IMG/VR virus record: IMGVR_UViG_3300032205_000001
Span: 44,218 to 108,217 of that record
DNA from: a virus
Lineage: Duplodnaviria; Heunggongvirae; Uroviricota; Caudoviricetes
Strand: one strand, 5' to 3'
DNA length: 64,000 nt
Shown: one piece after another, positions 14,754 through 23,357 of the stretch
How positions within the stretch are numbered: the stretch's first letter is position 1
Layout of the letters: each line of letters begins with the position of its first letter
Notes under the pieces: model-generated
What the model was told of the DNA's origin: nothing
The model's database searches: none
Seen by the model: only the letters and a program-made list of their open reading frames with translations
Program-made: the position numbers and the translations under genes

Positions 14754-15101
14754 GTGTCCTGTAAGGCCGCACAGACCCCGTACGACCGGATTTGCTGGGA
14801 GGGAGATTGGCGCGAACTGCCGACCCACTGCCCTGGCCAGCCGGAGGTATGGGACCAGACGATTGGCTGCCCGGTCTGCGGCATGAACATCTGGTACCTG
14901 CCGGCGTTTGGTCAGTGGCCCGAATGGGATAAAGCAAACGAGCCGCCGGCTGATTGGTGGCAGGGTTGGAAGGGCACGGAGCGCAACCCCTACGACCCGT
15001 ATGTGAACCTGTTCGACCGCATTCACCCATTTGCCTGGGCGGACTGCCATGATCCGGGGGATGAGGACCGAGACGAAGAACCGTGGAATCAAGGTCCGTA
15101 G
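14754..15101 (+). CDS. hypothetical protein (115 aa, Trp/Pro-rich, CxxC)
   Basis: ORF track. Confidence 0.45.
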   Translation: MSCKAAQTPYDRICWEGDWRELPTHCPGQPEVWDQTIGCPVCGMNIWYLPAFGQWPEWDKANEPPADWWQGWKGTERNPYDPYVNLFDRIHPFAWADCHDPGDEDRDEEPWNQGP

Positions 15102-15107
15102 GGCCCA

Positions 15108-15140
15108 TGTAGGATGTCGGATAAATTTCAAAAATTCGGG
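15108..15140 (+). repeat. 33-bp dispersed repeat TGTAGGATGTCGGATAAAtTTCAAAAATTCGgG, copy 1 (second copy at 16931-16965)
   Basis: About 85% identity; copy 1 encodes the 9-codon ORF MSDKFQKFG*, copy 2 supplies the start of gene 16937. Confidence 0.5.
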
Positions 15141-15152
15141 TGATGAAAAGAC

Positions 15153-15305
15153 ATGCTGGATTTGGACGCGATGGAAAAGGACCGGCTGGCTGCTCAAATC
15201 GACAAGAGCGACTTGTTCGATTTCTACAACCACTACTACTTCGAGCTGTTGGAGGAGGTGCAGGAACTTCGTCAAAAGCTCAAGAAGCCGCAGGGGAAGA
15301 AATGA
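15153..15305 (+). CDS. hypothetical protein (50 aa; below the ORF-track size cut-off)
   Basis: Manual ORF MLDLDAMEKDRL...; its stop overlaps the next ATG (ATGA); the alternative long frame 15140..15508 looks over-extended. Confidence 0.3.
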   Translation: MLDLDAMEKDRLAAQIDKSDLFDFYNHYYFELLEEVQELRQKLKKPQGKK

Positions 15306-15508
15306 AGGTAGACCTCAACAAGCTCGCCAGTTACATCGACCAGGAATTCACCGGGGAAGCGCATCTGACCTCGGATGAAATGCGGTCCATCATTGCCGAG
15401 CTGCGCGCATCCCGACAGCAAGTTGCAAAGATTTGCGATTGGCTTCGTGGGTGGGGCCTCCACGACGAAATCATCCACGGCGTCGAGACGGGAAAGTACC
15501 TCGGATGA
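15302..15508 (+). CDS. hypothetical protein (68 aa)
   Basis: Met55 of track ORF 15140..15508; ATGA coupling. Confidence 0.35.
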   Translation: MKVDLNKLASYIDQEFTGEAHLTSDEMRSIIAELRASRQQVAKICDWLRGWGLHDEIIHGVETGKYLG

Positions 15509-15696
15509 TCAAGCACCACACCGGCTTCTTCGTGTCCGTCTGGCACGACGCCGACGAGACCCCGATGAAGTTCATCGTCAACGCCACCTGTGGTCGGTGC
15601 GGCAAGGCCGTGGCGCCGGAGAAGTACACGTCCGAGACGCTGACCACGGCGATGATGGATCACCACATGGACTGCTTCATCACGAGCGACAAATGA
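15505..15696 (+). CDS. hypothetical protein (63 aa, CGRCG zinc motif)
   Basis: In frame with track ORF 15433..15696; ATGA overlap. Confidence 0.4.
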   Translation: MIKHHTGFFVSVWHDADETPMKFIVNATCGRCGKAVAPEKYTSETLTTAMMDHHMDCFITSDK

Positions 15697-15875
15697 TTCC
15701 ACGACTCAAAGACCCAACCATCCAGCACCACGACCCCGGCGACGAAAACGATTGGAACCCAGCCGATTCCATTCTGGTCGACACCCTCGTGTATATGAAC
15801 CCACTCGGCAAACAGCCACCGTGGAAAATCGACCTGATGTTGAAAACATTTGCGCGAATGTGTGCGAGGCCGTGA
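15693..15875 (+). CDS. hypothetical protein (60 aa)
   Basis: In frame with track ORF 15375..15875; ATGA overlap. Confidence 0.35.
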   Translation: MIPRLKDPTIQHHDPGDENDWNPADSILVDTLVYMNPLGKQPPWKIDLMLKTFARMCARP

Positions 15876-16181
15876 GTGACCGCTGCTACTGCAACGAGCT
15901 TGGACCCCTCAGTCTCCGAAGCGGGGATATCTGCGGATTCTGCGAGCGAGCCGCTCAACATTACGATCTTGAACGAGCCGGCCAGGGAGTATCGCCGGTA
16001 CTACGAGACGCCCAATCGCATCCGGGTGGTGATGACCCAAAACCTGGCGATGTGGAGCTACATCATTCACGTCGAGACGCTGCCGCCCAAGCCACCAAAA
16101 CCGCCCAAGGATTTTCCGGTAGCGAAAGTCCTGCCCCGCTCGACTGTAGGAAGGATATGGACGAGGCTCCTGACCCGCTAG
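15876..16181 (+). CDS. possible protein (about 100 aa, GTG start; start uncertain)
   Basis: Track ORF; a competing frame exists. Confidence 0.25.
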   Translation: MTAATATSLDPSVSEAGISADSASEPLNITILNEPAREYRRYYETPNRIRVVMTQNLAMWSYIIHVETLPPKPPKPPKDFPVAKVLPRSTVGRIWTRLLTR

Positions 16182-16465
16182 AGATGCCCATCGGCGACGA
16201 GGACATCAGCGACCTCCAGAAGCTGGCCGATAAGTGGTACCGGCATCACTGGGGCGCAACGATGCAGCCATCGACGTCACGGGGAATGGCCAAGGATGCG
16301 GCCCGGCTGGTTCGTCAGTATCGGGCGCTGGAGAGGGAAAACGCAGCGCTCAAGGAGCAGCTTGAAGCGGCGTTTGCCACGGGGACGAACACCAGGGAAG
16401 AGTTCGAGAACAACCCCTGCACCATCTGCGGATCGCCTCCAGGAGTTCATTGCCCCCATGACTAA
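16155..16465 (+). CDS. hypothetical protein (103 aa)
   Basis: ATG after AGGAAGGA Shine-Dalgarno; in frame with track ORF 15752..16465. Confidence 0.4.
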
Positions 16466-16733
16466 CAAGCAGTTCGTACGAAAGCGGCTGCAGGAGATGC
16501 ACGACCGGCCAGGGATGTGGGCGTCGACGCAGGAGGCCTTTGGCCTTCAGCTGGCACTCTTGGTGGAGGTTTACGAGCTGGATATTGAGCCTTCGTCGAA
16601 GATGCCGCAGCACGTGATCATGCAGCGCATCTTTGGACCGGGAAATTCAGTCTCGGTCGAGCCGCTGGAGGAGAGCTGGGCGCAGTCAACCGCTGCCATG
16701 ATTATGGCGATGATCAAGGTGGAACTCGCATGA
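16458..16733 (+). CDS. hypothetical protein (91 aa)
   Basis: In frame with track ORF 16296..16733; overlaps the previous stop. Confidence 0.4.
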   Translation: MTNKQFVRKRLQEMHDRPGMWASTQEAFGLQLALLVEVYELDIEPSSKMPQHVIMQRIFGPGNSVSVEPLEESWAQSTAAMIMAMIKVELA

Positions 16734-16930
16734 TTCACCCCTGCATCTGGGTCTCTTCGAGCTGGGTCCTCATCAACGGGGAAGTTCAGGCCGCCGAGTG
16801 CTTCACGTGCGGGGAAGAATTGCCAGGCGCCAGGTACGTCGTGAGCACCAGGTCGGGAAATCCGATGTACTGCTTCATTTGCCACGCCTGCCAGGAACGA
16901 CGGATGTATTTCAACAACAATCCACCGTGA
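16730..16930 (+). CDS. Cys-rich small protein (66 aa)
   Basis: ORF track; ATGA overlap. Confidence 0.4.
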   Translation: MIHPCIWVSSSWVLINGEVQAAECFTCGEELPGARYVVSTRSGNPMYCFICHACQERRMYFNNNPP

Positions 16931-16965
16931 TGTAGGATGTCGGATAAAATCAAAAAATTCGAGGG
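16931..16965 (+). repeat. 33-bp dispersed repeat, copy 2
   Basis: See copy 1. Confidence 0.5.
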
Positions 16966-17164
16966 CAAGACTCTACAGGACATGCTGGCCGTATCCGACA
17001 CGGATGACGTCGTTCTCGTCATGGCCAAGCTCGCCTTCAAGAACCACCAGGACGGTCATCTGACTCGTGACCAGCTTCTCTACATTCTCAAGAAGTGCGT
17101 CAACGCGCGGGCCCTTGAGAATGGCTACACCGAACGGCATGGCCTTCCATTCGGTGGTCTATGA
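16937..17164 (+). CDS. hypothetical protein (75 aa)
   Basis: ORF track; its start lies inside the 33-bp repeat that also occurs at 15108-15140. Confidence 0.45.
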   Translation: MSDKIKKFEGKTLQDMLAVSDTDDVVLVMAKLAFKNHQDGHLTRDQLLYILKKCVNARALENGYTERHGLPFGGL

Positions 17165-17328
17165 AGATCCAAATCGAACACGATAACGAGCCATCGGAAT
17201 TCACCGAAGAAGAAATCATCGAGGAATTCTCTTGGCATAACATGCGGGACAGTAATCACTCGCGTGTCGTTCGGCGGAAGATCTTCGAGGCGGTTCTCAA
17301 GGCCGCCAAGGCAAGTCAGGAACGATGA
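17161..17328 (+). CDS. hypothetical protein (55 aa; below the ORF-track size cut-off)
   Basis: Manual ORF MKIQIEHDNEP...; ATGA overlaps on both sides. Confidence 0.35.
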   Translation: MKIQIEHDNEPSEFTEEEIIEEFSWHNMRDSNHSRVVRRKIFEAVLKAAKASQER

Positions 17329-17492
17329 AGATCACCGAACAGCATCACAAGCAGCTGCCCTACCTGAAGCGTCTGACTAAGTCGCTTGATACGGAACAGA
17401 TGGCCGTGCTCGAAAGCCTGCTGGACCTGGTTTATCGAGAAGGCCAGAGCTGCGGCTATCGCCAGGGCAACCCGAACTGGGACGAGGACTAA
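17325..17492 (+). CDS. hypothetical protein (55 aa; below the ORF-track size cut-off)
   Basis: Manual ORF MKITEQHHKQLPYL... Confidence 0.35.
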   Translation: MKITEQHHKQLPYLKRLTKSLDTEQMAVLESLLDLVYREGQSCGYRQGNPNWDED

Positions 17493-17788
17493 TGGGGATG
17501 TACGACACCGTCAACGTTCCGTGCCCGAAGTGCGGCGAGGTGCAGGGATTCCAGAGTAAGAGCGGGCAGTGTCTGCTGCAGGAGTTCGATCTGGATAATT
17601 GTCCTCCAGATGTGCTTCAGGACGTCAACCGTCACTCGCCTGCGACCTGCACCAAGTGCAACACCAAGTTCTGGGTCGGCGAGAAGAAGGTCCCGGCGTC
17701 GGTCGTGTGGGTCGAGCGGAAGTGCCTGGGCTGCGGCGACCTGGTCACCGGCTCGTTCGACTGGTGCAAATGCATGGAGAAGCGCTGA
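17492..17788 (+). CDS. zinc-ribbon protein (98 aa)
   Basis: ORF track; CPKCG...CTKCN...CLGCG. Confidence 0.45.
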   Translation: MGMYDTVNVPCPKCGEVQGFQSKSGQCLLQEFDLDNCPPDVLQDVNRHSPATCTKCNTKFWVGEKKVPASVVWVERKCLGCGDLVTGSFDWCKCMEKR

Positions 17789-18081
17789 TGCACACGACGC
17801 ATGATCATATGACCAAGGAGCCCAAGCTGTGGCTGATCCACAACTCGGACTTCTCCGGCGAGGTTGAGGTTCACTGGACCATCAAAGGCTCCGAGAAGGA
17901 TTTCTCGTACGTGTGGCGGGTGCCGATGGGCGAGGATTTGCTCACCGGCAACATCATCGGTACGCAGATCGAGGACAATACCTGCGCGCCGGTTCCGGCC
18001 TGGGTGATCGCTCGGGCGGTGGCGACGGCACTTCATCACCATCTGACGATGAAGATCGTCTCGTTTGTCGAGGGTCTATGA
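17785..18081 (+). CDS. hypothetical protein (98 aa)
   Basis: In frame with track ORF 17599..18081; ATGA overlap. Confidence 0.4.
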   Translation: MMHTTHDHMTKEPKLWLIHNSDFSGEVEVHWTIKGSEKDFSYVWRVPMGEDLLTGNIIGTQIEDNTCAPVPAWVIARAVATALHHHLTMKIVSFVEGL

Positions 18082-18500
18082 ACTACGTGCTTTGGATCTT
18101 TCTCGCCGTTGCCTGGGCAGCCATCTATGAGGGCATCAAGCACATTTACACCCTCCGCAAGGAGAAGATTCTCAAGGCGCAGGAGGTCCGGGAATCTATC
18201 GAGGCCGATGGTCACTACGTGCAGGTCGATTGCTCCGAGTGCGGGAAGATGAACCGGATCGCCGCCGTCAATATTCGGCGCCGGCCCATCTGTGGTGGCT
18301 GCAAGAAGAAGCTTCTGCCCAAGAAGCGGATTTCCATCCTGCGGGTTCGCAACCTGCCGTTCGACCAGAAGCTCGATGCTGCTCTAGATAGCTCGACGAT
18401 CAAGGACTACGACAAGTTCTGGGCGGTGATTGCCGCGCACTTCCGGGACCGCAGCTTCGAGAAGAACGAGCCCATCAACCCGAAGGACTTGCCCAATTGA
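18078..18500 (+). CDS. membrane protein with zinc ribbon (140 aa)
   Basis: Hydrophobic N-terminus; CSECG..CGGC. Confidence 0.45.
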   Translation: MNYVLWIFLAVAWAAIYEGIKHIYTLRKEKILKAQEVRESIEADGHYVQVDCSECGKMNRIAAVNIRRRPICGGCKKKLLPKKRISILRVRNLPFDQKLDAALDSSTIKDYDKFWAVIAAHFRDRSFEKNEPINPKDLPN

Positions 18501-18772
18501 AGGAACGCAAAGAAACGTTCGAGGTCATCTCCTATCTCGACGAGACGATGTCGGCTGGGCGGTTTCCAGAGGTCGACAAGTTTCTCGCGGAGATGGATGT
18601 CGACAAAATCGACAACGCTTCCTACCTCTTGGGTGTCGTGAACTACGTGTACCTCGCCAAGCGCAACGGCGACATTCTTGTCAATGGGGCTGCTTTCAGG
18701 GAGAAAGCATTTGCGCGGATGCGCCAGCTCGTCGGCGATGAACGAGCCGAGAACCTGTTCAAGCATCGATGA
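18497..18772 (+). CDS. hypothetical protein (91 aa, TTG start?)
   Basis: ORF track. Confidence 0.35.
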   Translation: MKERKETFEVISYLDETMSAGRFPEVDKFLAEMDVDKIDNASYLLGVVNYVYLAKRNGDILVNGAAFREKAFARMRQLVGDERAENLFKHR

Positions 18773-18951
18773 TGGTCCAAGTCCCTCCCAGGAACGACGA
18801 AAGCCCTTGCGTGGTTCAGTGCAACGGGCAGTACAGCGAGATTTTGCCCTTCAAGGAGGCAAACGAGCTGGCGATGTTCTACGCCGCCAAGGGACAGAAG
18901 GCCTACGTCTTCCGGCTCATTCAAGAGACGATGTATGGAGGGCGCTGATGG
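18769..18951 (+). CDS. hypothetical protein (60 aa)
   Basis: Manual ORF; ATGA overlap. Confidence 0.35.
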
Positions 18952-19463
18952 AGGAGATCGCCTTCACCAAGGTCAAGCTGCCGTACGGCTGGCTGGGCAA
19001 CATGGCTCCGTACCCCATCGTCTACCAGAAGCAGGTCTGGAAGACGTCGGAGGCGCTGTTTCAAGCTCTCCGCTTCGCCGACGAGAGTGCCTCTGAAACC
19101 TCGGAAAGGCGCGCAAAGATTCGCGCAGAAATTATGCTGCTCGGATCGCCCATGGCCGCCAAGATGGCTGCCAAGAAGAACCTCAGCCTGATGACGATCA
19201 CGCCTCGCTCGCCCGAGGACGTCAACAACATGCGCCGGGTGCTTTGCATCAAGCTCAACCAGCACATCGAGCTGGTGAAGCGGCTGCTCGACACCAAGGA
19301 CGCGAACATCGTCGAGGACTGCACGGCACGTCAGAACGAATCAGGCCTGTTCTGGGGCGCTGCCAAGGTCGATGGCAAATGGACCGGACAGAACATGCTC
19401 GGGAAGCTCTGGATGGAAATTCGCTACGAAATGACCAGGGAACTACCAAACGGGGAAGAATGA
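18948..19463 (+). CDS. NADAR (YbiA-like, DUF1768) domain protein
   Basis: YGWLGNMAPYPI...W.TSEALFQALRF matches the NADAR signature; in frame with track ORF 18678..19463. Confidence 0.6.
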   Translation: MEEIAFTKVKLPYGWLGNMAPYPIVYQKQVWKTSEALFQALRFADESASETSERRAKIRAEIMLLGSPMAAKMAAKKNLSLMTITPRSPEDVNNMRRVLCIKLNQHIELVKRLLDTKDANIVEDCTARQNESGLFWGAAKVDGKWTGQNMLGKLWMEIRYEMTRELPNGEE

Positions 19464-19714
19464 ACGACGAAATCGAAGATAGAGCTGAAGATACCGGCTA
19501 CGCCAGAGCAATCAACGACGTCATTAAGTGGCACACCGACCAGATCGAACAGCTGACGACCAAGGCCAAAGAAGCGTGGGCGCCTGGTGGTATTCACATT
19601 GGAGCCATCTGGGAAGGCAAGCACGTCTCGGCAACGCAGCTGATGGACCTCGCCATCTTTCACACGGGAATCCTCAAGGCACTCGACGAGAAATTCGTCA
19701 AGGCGGTCAAATGA
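19460..19714 (+). CDS. hypothetical protein (84 aa)
   Basis: In frame with track ORF 19244..19714; ATGA overlap. Confidence 0.4.
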   Translation: MNDEIEDRAEDTGYARAINDVIKWHTDQIEQLTTKAKEAWAPGGIHIGAIWEGKHVSATQLMDLAIFHTGILKALDEKFVKAVK

Positions 19715-19869
19715 AGATCAGCGACCTCATCAAGCAATTGGAGAAGCTCAAGGAGGAGCACGGCGACATTCAAGTCATCGTGCAGACGCTCTCGCATGCG
19801 TGGGCGCCCGAGCCTGAGGTTCGTCCGCATGCGCCCAAGAAAGCCGAATTCGTCCTTCTGAACCCATGA
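19711..19869 (+). CDS. hypothetical protein (52 aa; below the ORF-track size cut-off)
   Basis: Manual ORF MKISDLIKQLEKLKEEHG. Confidence 0.35.
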   Translation: MKISDLIKQLEKLKEEHGDIQVIVQTLSHAWAPEPEVRPHAPKKAEFVLLNP

Positions 19870-20069
19870 GCAAGGACGACAAATTCTACGCGGTGATCTA
19901 TGAATCCGCTGGCCGGATGTATCCGTGCAAATGCGGCCACGAGACGCCGGAGAGCGCATTCGAGTGCGTAAAGGCGAAGAAGGGCCTATCCATCATGGAA
20001 TGGGTCAAGAATCGCAATCCGCAGTTCCAAGAGTTCTGGCGCAGCGACAAAGTGGCCGAGCCGTCGTGA
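19866..20069 (+). CDS. hypothetical protein (67 aa)
   Basis: ORF track. Confidence 0.4.
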   Translation: MSKDDKFYAVIYESAGRMYPCKCGHETPESAFECVKAKKGLSIMEWVKNRNPQFQEFWRSDKVAEPS

Positions 20070-20272
20070 GCGACGTCTCCTACGAATGGATCTGGATGAC
20101 GTTCAAGGCGCAATTCCCGGGCAAGTATCTCTCGATGACCGTCGTCGGGCGGGAGATCTCTATCCACGATTCGAAATACCTCCAGAAGGGCGAAACGATG
20201 CAGCGCCCTCGCGGTGCGTTCATTATGTACGTCGCCGAAGAGCCTGGTCCCGATGAGGAAGACGGCAAGTGA
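20066..20272 (+). CDS. hypothetical protein (68 aa, GTG start)
   Basis: In frame with track ORF 19925..20272; GTGA overlap. Confidence 0.35.
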   Translation: MSDVSYEWIWMTFKAQFPGKYLSMTVVGREISIHDSKYLQKGETMQRPRGAFIMYVAEEPGPDEEDGK

Positions 20273-20315
20273 GCTGCAGGCGTGGCGTCCATGATTTCCC
20301 GGACCCCACGTATCG

Positions 20316-20510
20316 ATGCGTGTGTGGAAGATTCGTCCTACTGATCTGGCCTCCGATCAACCCGACGAGCTGGGAGTTAAAGAGATGGCGGACCAAGCGC
20401 TCATTGAAGCCGTTGCGCTCATCAACAAGCTGCAACGCCAACACAGAATCGAAAGGTTCTGCTACTCCGTGATCCTCATCATCGCCGTAGCGCTGGCGAG
20501 GGCCCTATGA
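20316..20510 (+). CDS. small membrane protein (start uncertain)
   Basis: ORF track; C-terminal hydrophobic helix. Confidence 0.3.
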   Translation: MRVWKIRPTDLASDQPDELGVKEMADQALIEAVALINKLQRQHRIERFCYSVILIIAVALARAL

Positions 20511-21076
20511 AGAAGGAAGAAGCGAGCGTCGGCGACTGGGTCTCGTGGACTGGGTGGAGACAGTTCGGAACTATTCCGCATCGCTGCACAGGGACCATCG
20601 AGAGCCTTGAATGCGGAGTTCCCTATTATACCGACCCGCCAGAGTACACGACCGATGGCTTCCACAAGGAAGCCGGGCGATATCCTGCAGCGCTGATCAA
20701 AACAGACCGAGTTCAGCAGCCCGGCGAAGCGCCGCTTGTGATCAAATTCGACGACCTGACGCTCATCATGAACACTAAACAGATGCTGGGAGTTGAGCCA
20801 GCCGAGTACCTACGCGGAAATTCGCCTATTGAGGCGATTCGGTGGCATGGTCACAACTACAGCGAGGTCTACACCTGGGTCATGAAATGGGGCCTTGCAG
20901 ATCCAGGGATCGATCAGCTTGGTGACGGGAACCTGCGGGTTTCTGTTCTACAAGTCGAAATGTGGGCGAAACCAGGGCAGTGGATTGTTCGCGACATCGC
21001 CAACGAATTCTTCTATCCATGCGACGACGACACTTTCTCGAAAATCTTCGAGCCCACGGATGTAGATAGGACATGA
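20507..21076 (+). CDS. hypothetical protein (189 aa)
   Basis: ORF track. Confidence 0.5.
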   Translation: MKKEEASVGDWVSWTGWRQFGTIPHRCTGTIESLECGVPYYTDPPEYTTDGFHKEAGRYPAALIKTDRVQQPGEAPLVIKFDDLTLIMNTKQMLGVEPAEYLRGNSPIEAIRWHGHNYSEVYTWVMKWGLADPGIDQLGDGNLRVSVLQVEMWAKPGQWIVRDIANEFFYPCDDDTFSKIFEPTDVDRT

Positions 21077-21375
21077 GCATGCGCAAGGGATTCGTTCAGG
21101 AGCTGGTCAATCTCGGGCAAGAGCTGTCCGACGAGCAGGATAAGGCTCACGATTTGTGGACCTGGCTGCCGTCATATCAGGTCGCTCAAAAAAACCACGG
21201 CGACTACGCCTCCGAGTTCAGCCCGACGCCGAAGGACATCATGATCGAGGCGTCGATGTACATCTCGTATCTGAAGGATTGCACAGGACCAAACAGCGCC
21301 AATCGTCAATACACGCCCGAGGAGACGGAGTGGTTCACGAAGTGCTCGTGCGGTGATGACCATGTCGGCGAGTAA
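21073..21375 (+). CDS. hypothetical protein (100 aa)
   Basis: ORF track. Confidence 0.45.
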   Translation: MSMRKGFVQELVNLGQELSDEQDKAHDLWTWLPSYQVAQKNHGDYASEFSPTPKDIMIEASMYISYLKDCTGPNSANRQYTPEETEWFTKCSCGDDHVGE

Positions 21376-21378
21376 TCA

Positions 21379-21777
21379 GTGATCGGTCTCCTTCGCAGAC
21401 TGTTTCGTCGGAAACCACCGTTCAAGAAGCTGACCGACGAGGAACTATCGGCAGCTCTCCGGCGGGGCGAGGAGAGGCTGCCGTGCTGTCGAGGAATGCG
21501 CCGTGTGCATGTAAGCTACCGCTCCGGCGCGCTGAAGTGCCCGAATATGTGGCGGACGCCTGAGGGTTACATCGTCGAAGTCAGGCAGAAGCTAGATCTC
21601 CGCTACAATCCGCTAGAGACCGACGAATGCTTCTATCCGCCATGGGGCGAGCTACATTTCAAGTGCGACCGTTGTGGTTGCCCACGCGGTCTTCACGCAT
21701 ATCGTGAAGATGGCAAACGTGGAGACTGCACCGACCCGGATTGCCCTGGGTGCCCTGGAGGTTTACTTTGGCGATGA
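21379..21777 (+). CDS. Cys-rich hypothetical protein (start uncertain)
   Basis: ORF track; CDRCGC...CPGCPGG. Confidence 0.35.
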   Translation: MIGLLRRLFRRKPPFKKLTDEELSAALRRGEERLPCCRGMRRVHVSYRSGALKCPNMWRTPEGYIVEVRQKLDLRYNPLETDECFYPPWGELHFKCDRCGCPRGLHAYREDGKRGDCTDPDCPGCPGGLLWR

Positions 21778-21989
21778 ACGGCAATAACCAAATCGATGCG
21801 TCCGATTGGACCGAAGAAGACAAGCACTGGTATAGGTGCCTGTCGACGTTGTTCGATCGCAGGCGTATGGCAGACGGCGTCTACCAAACCGAAGACTGGC
21901 GCCGAGCCCGTATTGACTGCCGGCCCAGGTGGCGACGGTGGATGAGCATGCTACGCAAGGACTTTTGGCGCACCATTAGCGGTTGGTGA
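21774..21989 (+). CDS. hypothetical protein (71 aa, Trp/Arg-rich)
   Basis: In frame with track ORF 21741..21989. Confidence 0.35.
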   Translation: MNGNNQIDASDWTEEDKHWYRCLSTLFDRRRMADGVYQTEDWRRARIDCRPRWRRWMSMLRKDFWRTISGW

Positions 21990-22020
21990 AAGTTAAGTTC
22001 ATGTGGATTGTAGGTAAGAG

Positions 22021-22725
22021 ATGCGTTTTTACGAAGTTGGCGGCTGTGTTCGTGACCAGCTGATGGGGCTCACGTCGAAGGACGTGGACTTTGCCGTCGA
22101 GGCCGAGTCGTTCGAGGCCATGGAAGCGGAGCTGCGCAAGCGTGGCTTCAAGATTTTTCTGTCGACGCCAGAGTTTCTGACGATTCGCGCACAAGTGCCT
22201 GCACACGAGGAGAAGCTGCGCGCCCGGTCCAAGGATGCCGACTTCGTGCTCTGTCGGAAGGACAGCGCCACCGGGGATGGTCGGCGGCCGGACTTTGTCG
22301 AGCCAGGGACCATCCTGGACGACCTGGCTCGTCGTGACTTCACGATGAACGCCATCGCCGTGGACGTGGAGACGGGCGATATGATCGATCCGCACAACGG
22401 CCGGCACGACATCAAGCAGAACCTCCTCCGGTTCGTCGGTGACCCGTACAAGCGGATCAACGAGGACGGCCTGCGCGTTCTTCGTGGGCTGCGGTTCCTC
22501 ATCACCAAGGGACTGCAGGCCGAGATGGAGACCGGCGATGCCCTCATCAGCTTCGATTCACACAAGATGCTGATGAAGGTGTCGATCGAGCGGGTGCGCG
22601 AGGAGCTGGAGAAGATGTTCAACTACGACACCATCGCGTCGTTGGAGCTTCTCCACGGCTATCCGAACCTGCTTCCGGCCATCTTCCGAGAAGGTCTACG
22701 TCTGGCGCCGACGCTGCGCCAATAG
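22021..22725 (+). CDS. minimal class-II CCA-adding/poly(A)-polymerase-type nucleotidyltransferase (head domain only, 234 aa)
   Basis: GGCVRDQLMG..DVDFAV (GGxVRD, DxD), RRDFTMNA (RRD) and LRVLRGLRFLITKG (RxLRxxRF) motifs; no tRNA-binding body/tail domain. Confidence 0.65.
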   Translation: MRFYEVGGCVRDQLMGLTSKDVDFAVEAESFEAMEAELRKRGFKIFLSTPEFLTIRAQVPAHEEKLRARSKDADFVLCRKDSATGDGRRPDFVEPGTILDDLARRDFTMNAIAVDVETGDMIDPHNGRHDIKQNLLRFVGDPYKRINEDGLRVLRGLRFLITKGLQAEMETGDALISFDSHKMLMKVSIERVREELEKMFNYDTIASLELLHGYPNLLPAIFREGLRLAPTLRQ

Positions 22726-22757
22726 ACAATAGGGCTATTTCGGCGGAGGCTTGGCCT

Positions 22758-23357
22758 ATGAACGAACAGAGCCTGGCCGAACCCATCGCGCTCCACGACC
22801 TGGACGGCAATCTTGCCGACTTCGACAAGAGCATGGCCCATCATCTCGCCGAGCTTCGTGGTCCAACGGAAGATCCGAAGCACGACGAGACGGCCTATGA
22901 GGGTGCGCCGCACATGCGTGCCCGTCGCCGGCTCATCAAGAAGATGCCTGGTTTCTGGCGCAAGCTGGAGCGGCTTAAGGCTGGTTTCGAGCTGCTCCAG
23001 CTCTGTGAGGAGCTGAAGTTCAGCAATCACATTCTCTCGAAGTCTCCGCGCAAGATGCCGCAGGCTGCGGGCGAGAAAATCGAATGGTGCGTCGAGAACG
23101 TTCCACACCTTCCGATCATTCTGTCCGAGGACAAGGGTCTGGTCTACGGCAAGGTGCTCTGCGATGACTGGCCCGAGTACGTGGAGCGTTGGATTCAGTG
23201 GCGTCCTCGTGGCCTGGTGATCTCTGTTGCTCAGCGCTGGAACGAGGGCATCGAGAAGCTCTCACCTGCGGGCAACGTCATTCGCTACACAGGCCCGGAG
23301 ATGCTGCCGGACATCAAGGCTCGCCTGCAGGAGATTCGAGCGAAGTGCCGCCCGTAA
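22758..23357 (+). CDS. HAD-superfamily 5'(3')-deoxyribonucleotidase-like (NT5C family) protein
   Basis: N-terminal LHDLDGNLADFD resembles the NT5C motif MDGVLADFE. Confidence 0.5.
   Translation: MNEQSLAEPIALHDLDGNLADFDKSMAHHLAELRGPTEDPKHDETAYEGAPHMRARRRLIKKMPGFWRKLERLKAGFELLQLCEELKFSNHILSKSPRKMPQAAGEKIEWCVENVPHLPIILSEDKGLVYGKVLCDDWPEYVERWIQWRPRGLVISVAQRWNEGIEKLSPAGNVIRYTGPEMLPDIKARLQEIRAKCRP

Noticed and set aside
15140-15508. Single 122-aa ORF
   Set aside because: Its N-terminal 54 aa is Gly/Arg-rich junk. An alternative frame gives a clean 50-aa protein with an ATGA junction to the C-terminal 68-aa part, so it was split into two genes.
18497-19463. darT-NADAR (DarTG-like) pair
   Set aside because: No DUF4433/DarT-like ORF is adjacent, since the neighbours are 60-90-aa proteins. 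NADAR is treated as stand-alone.
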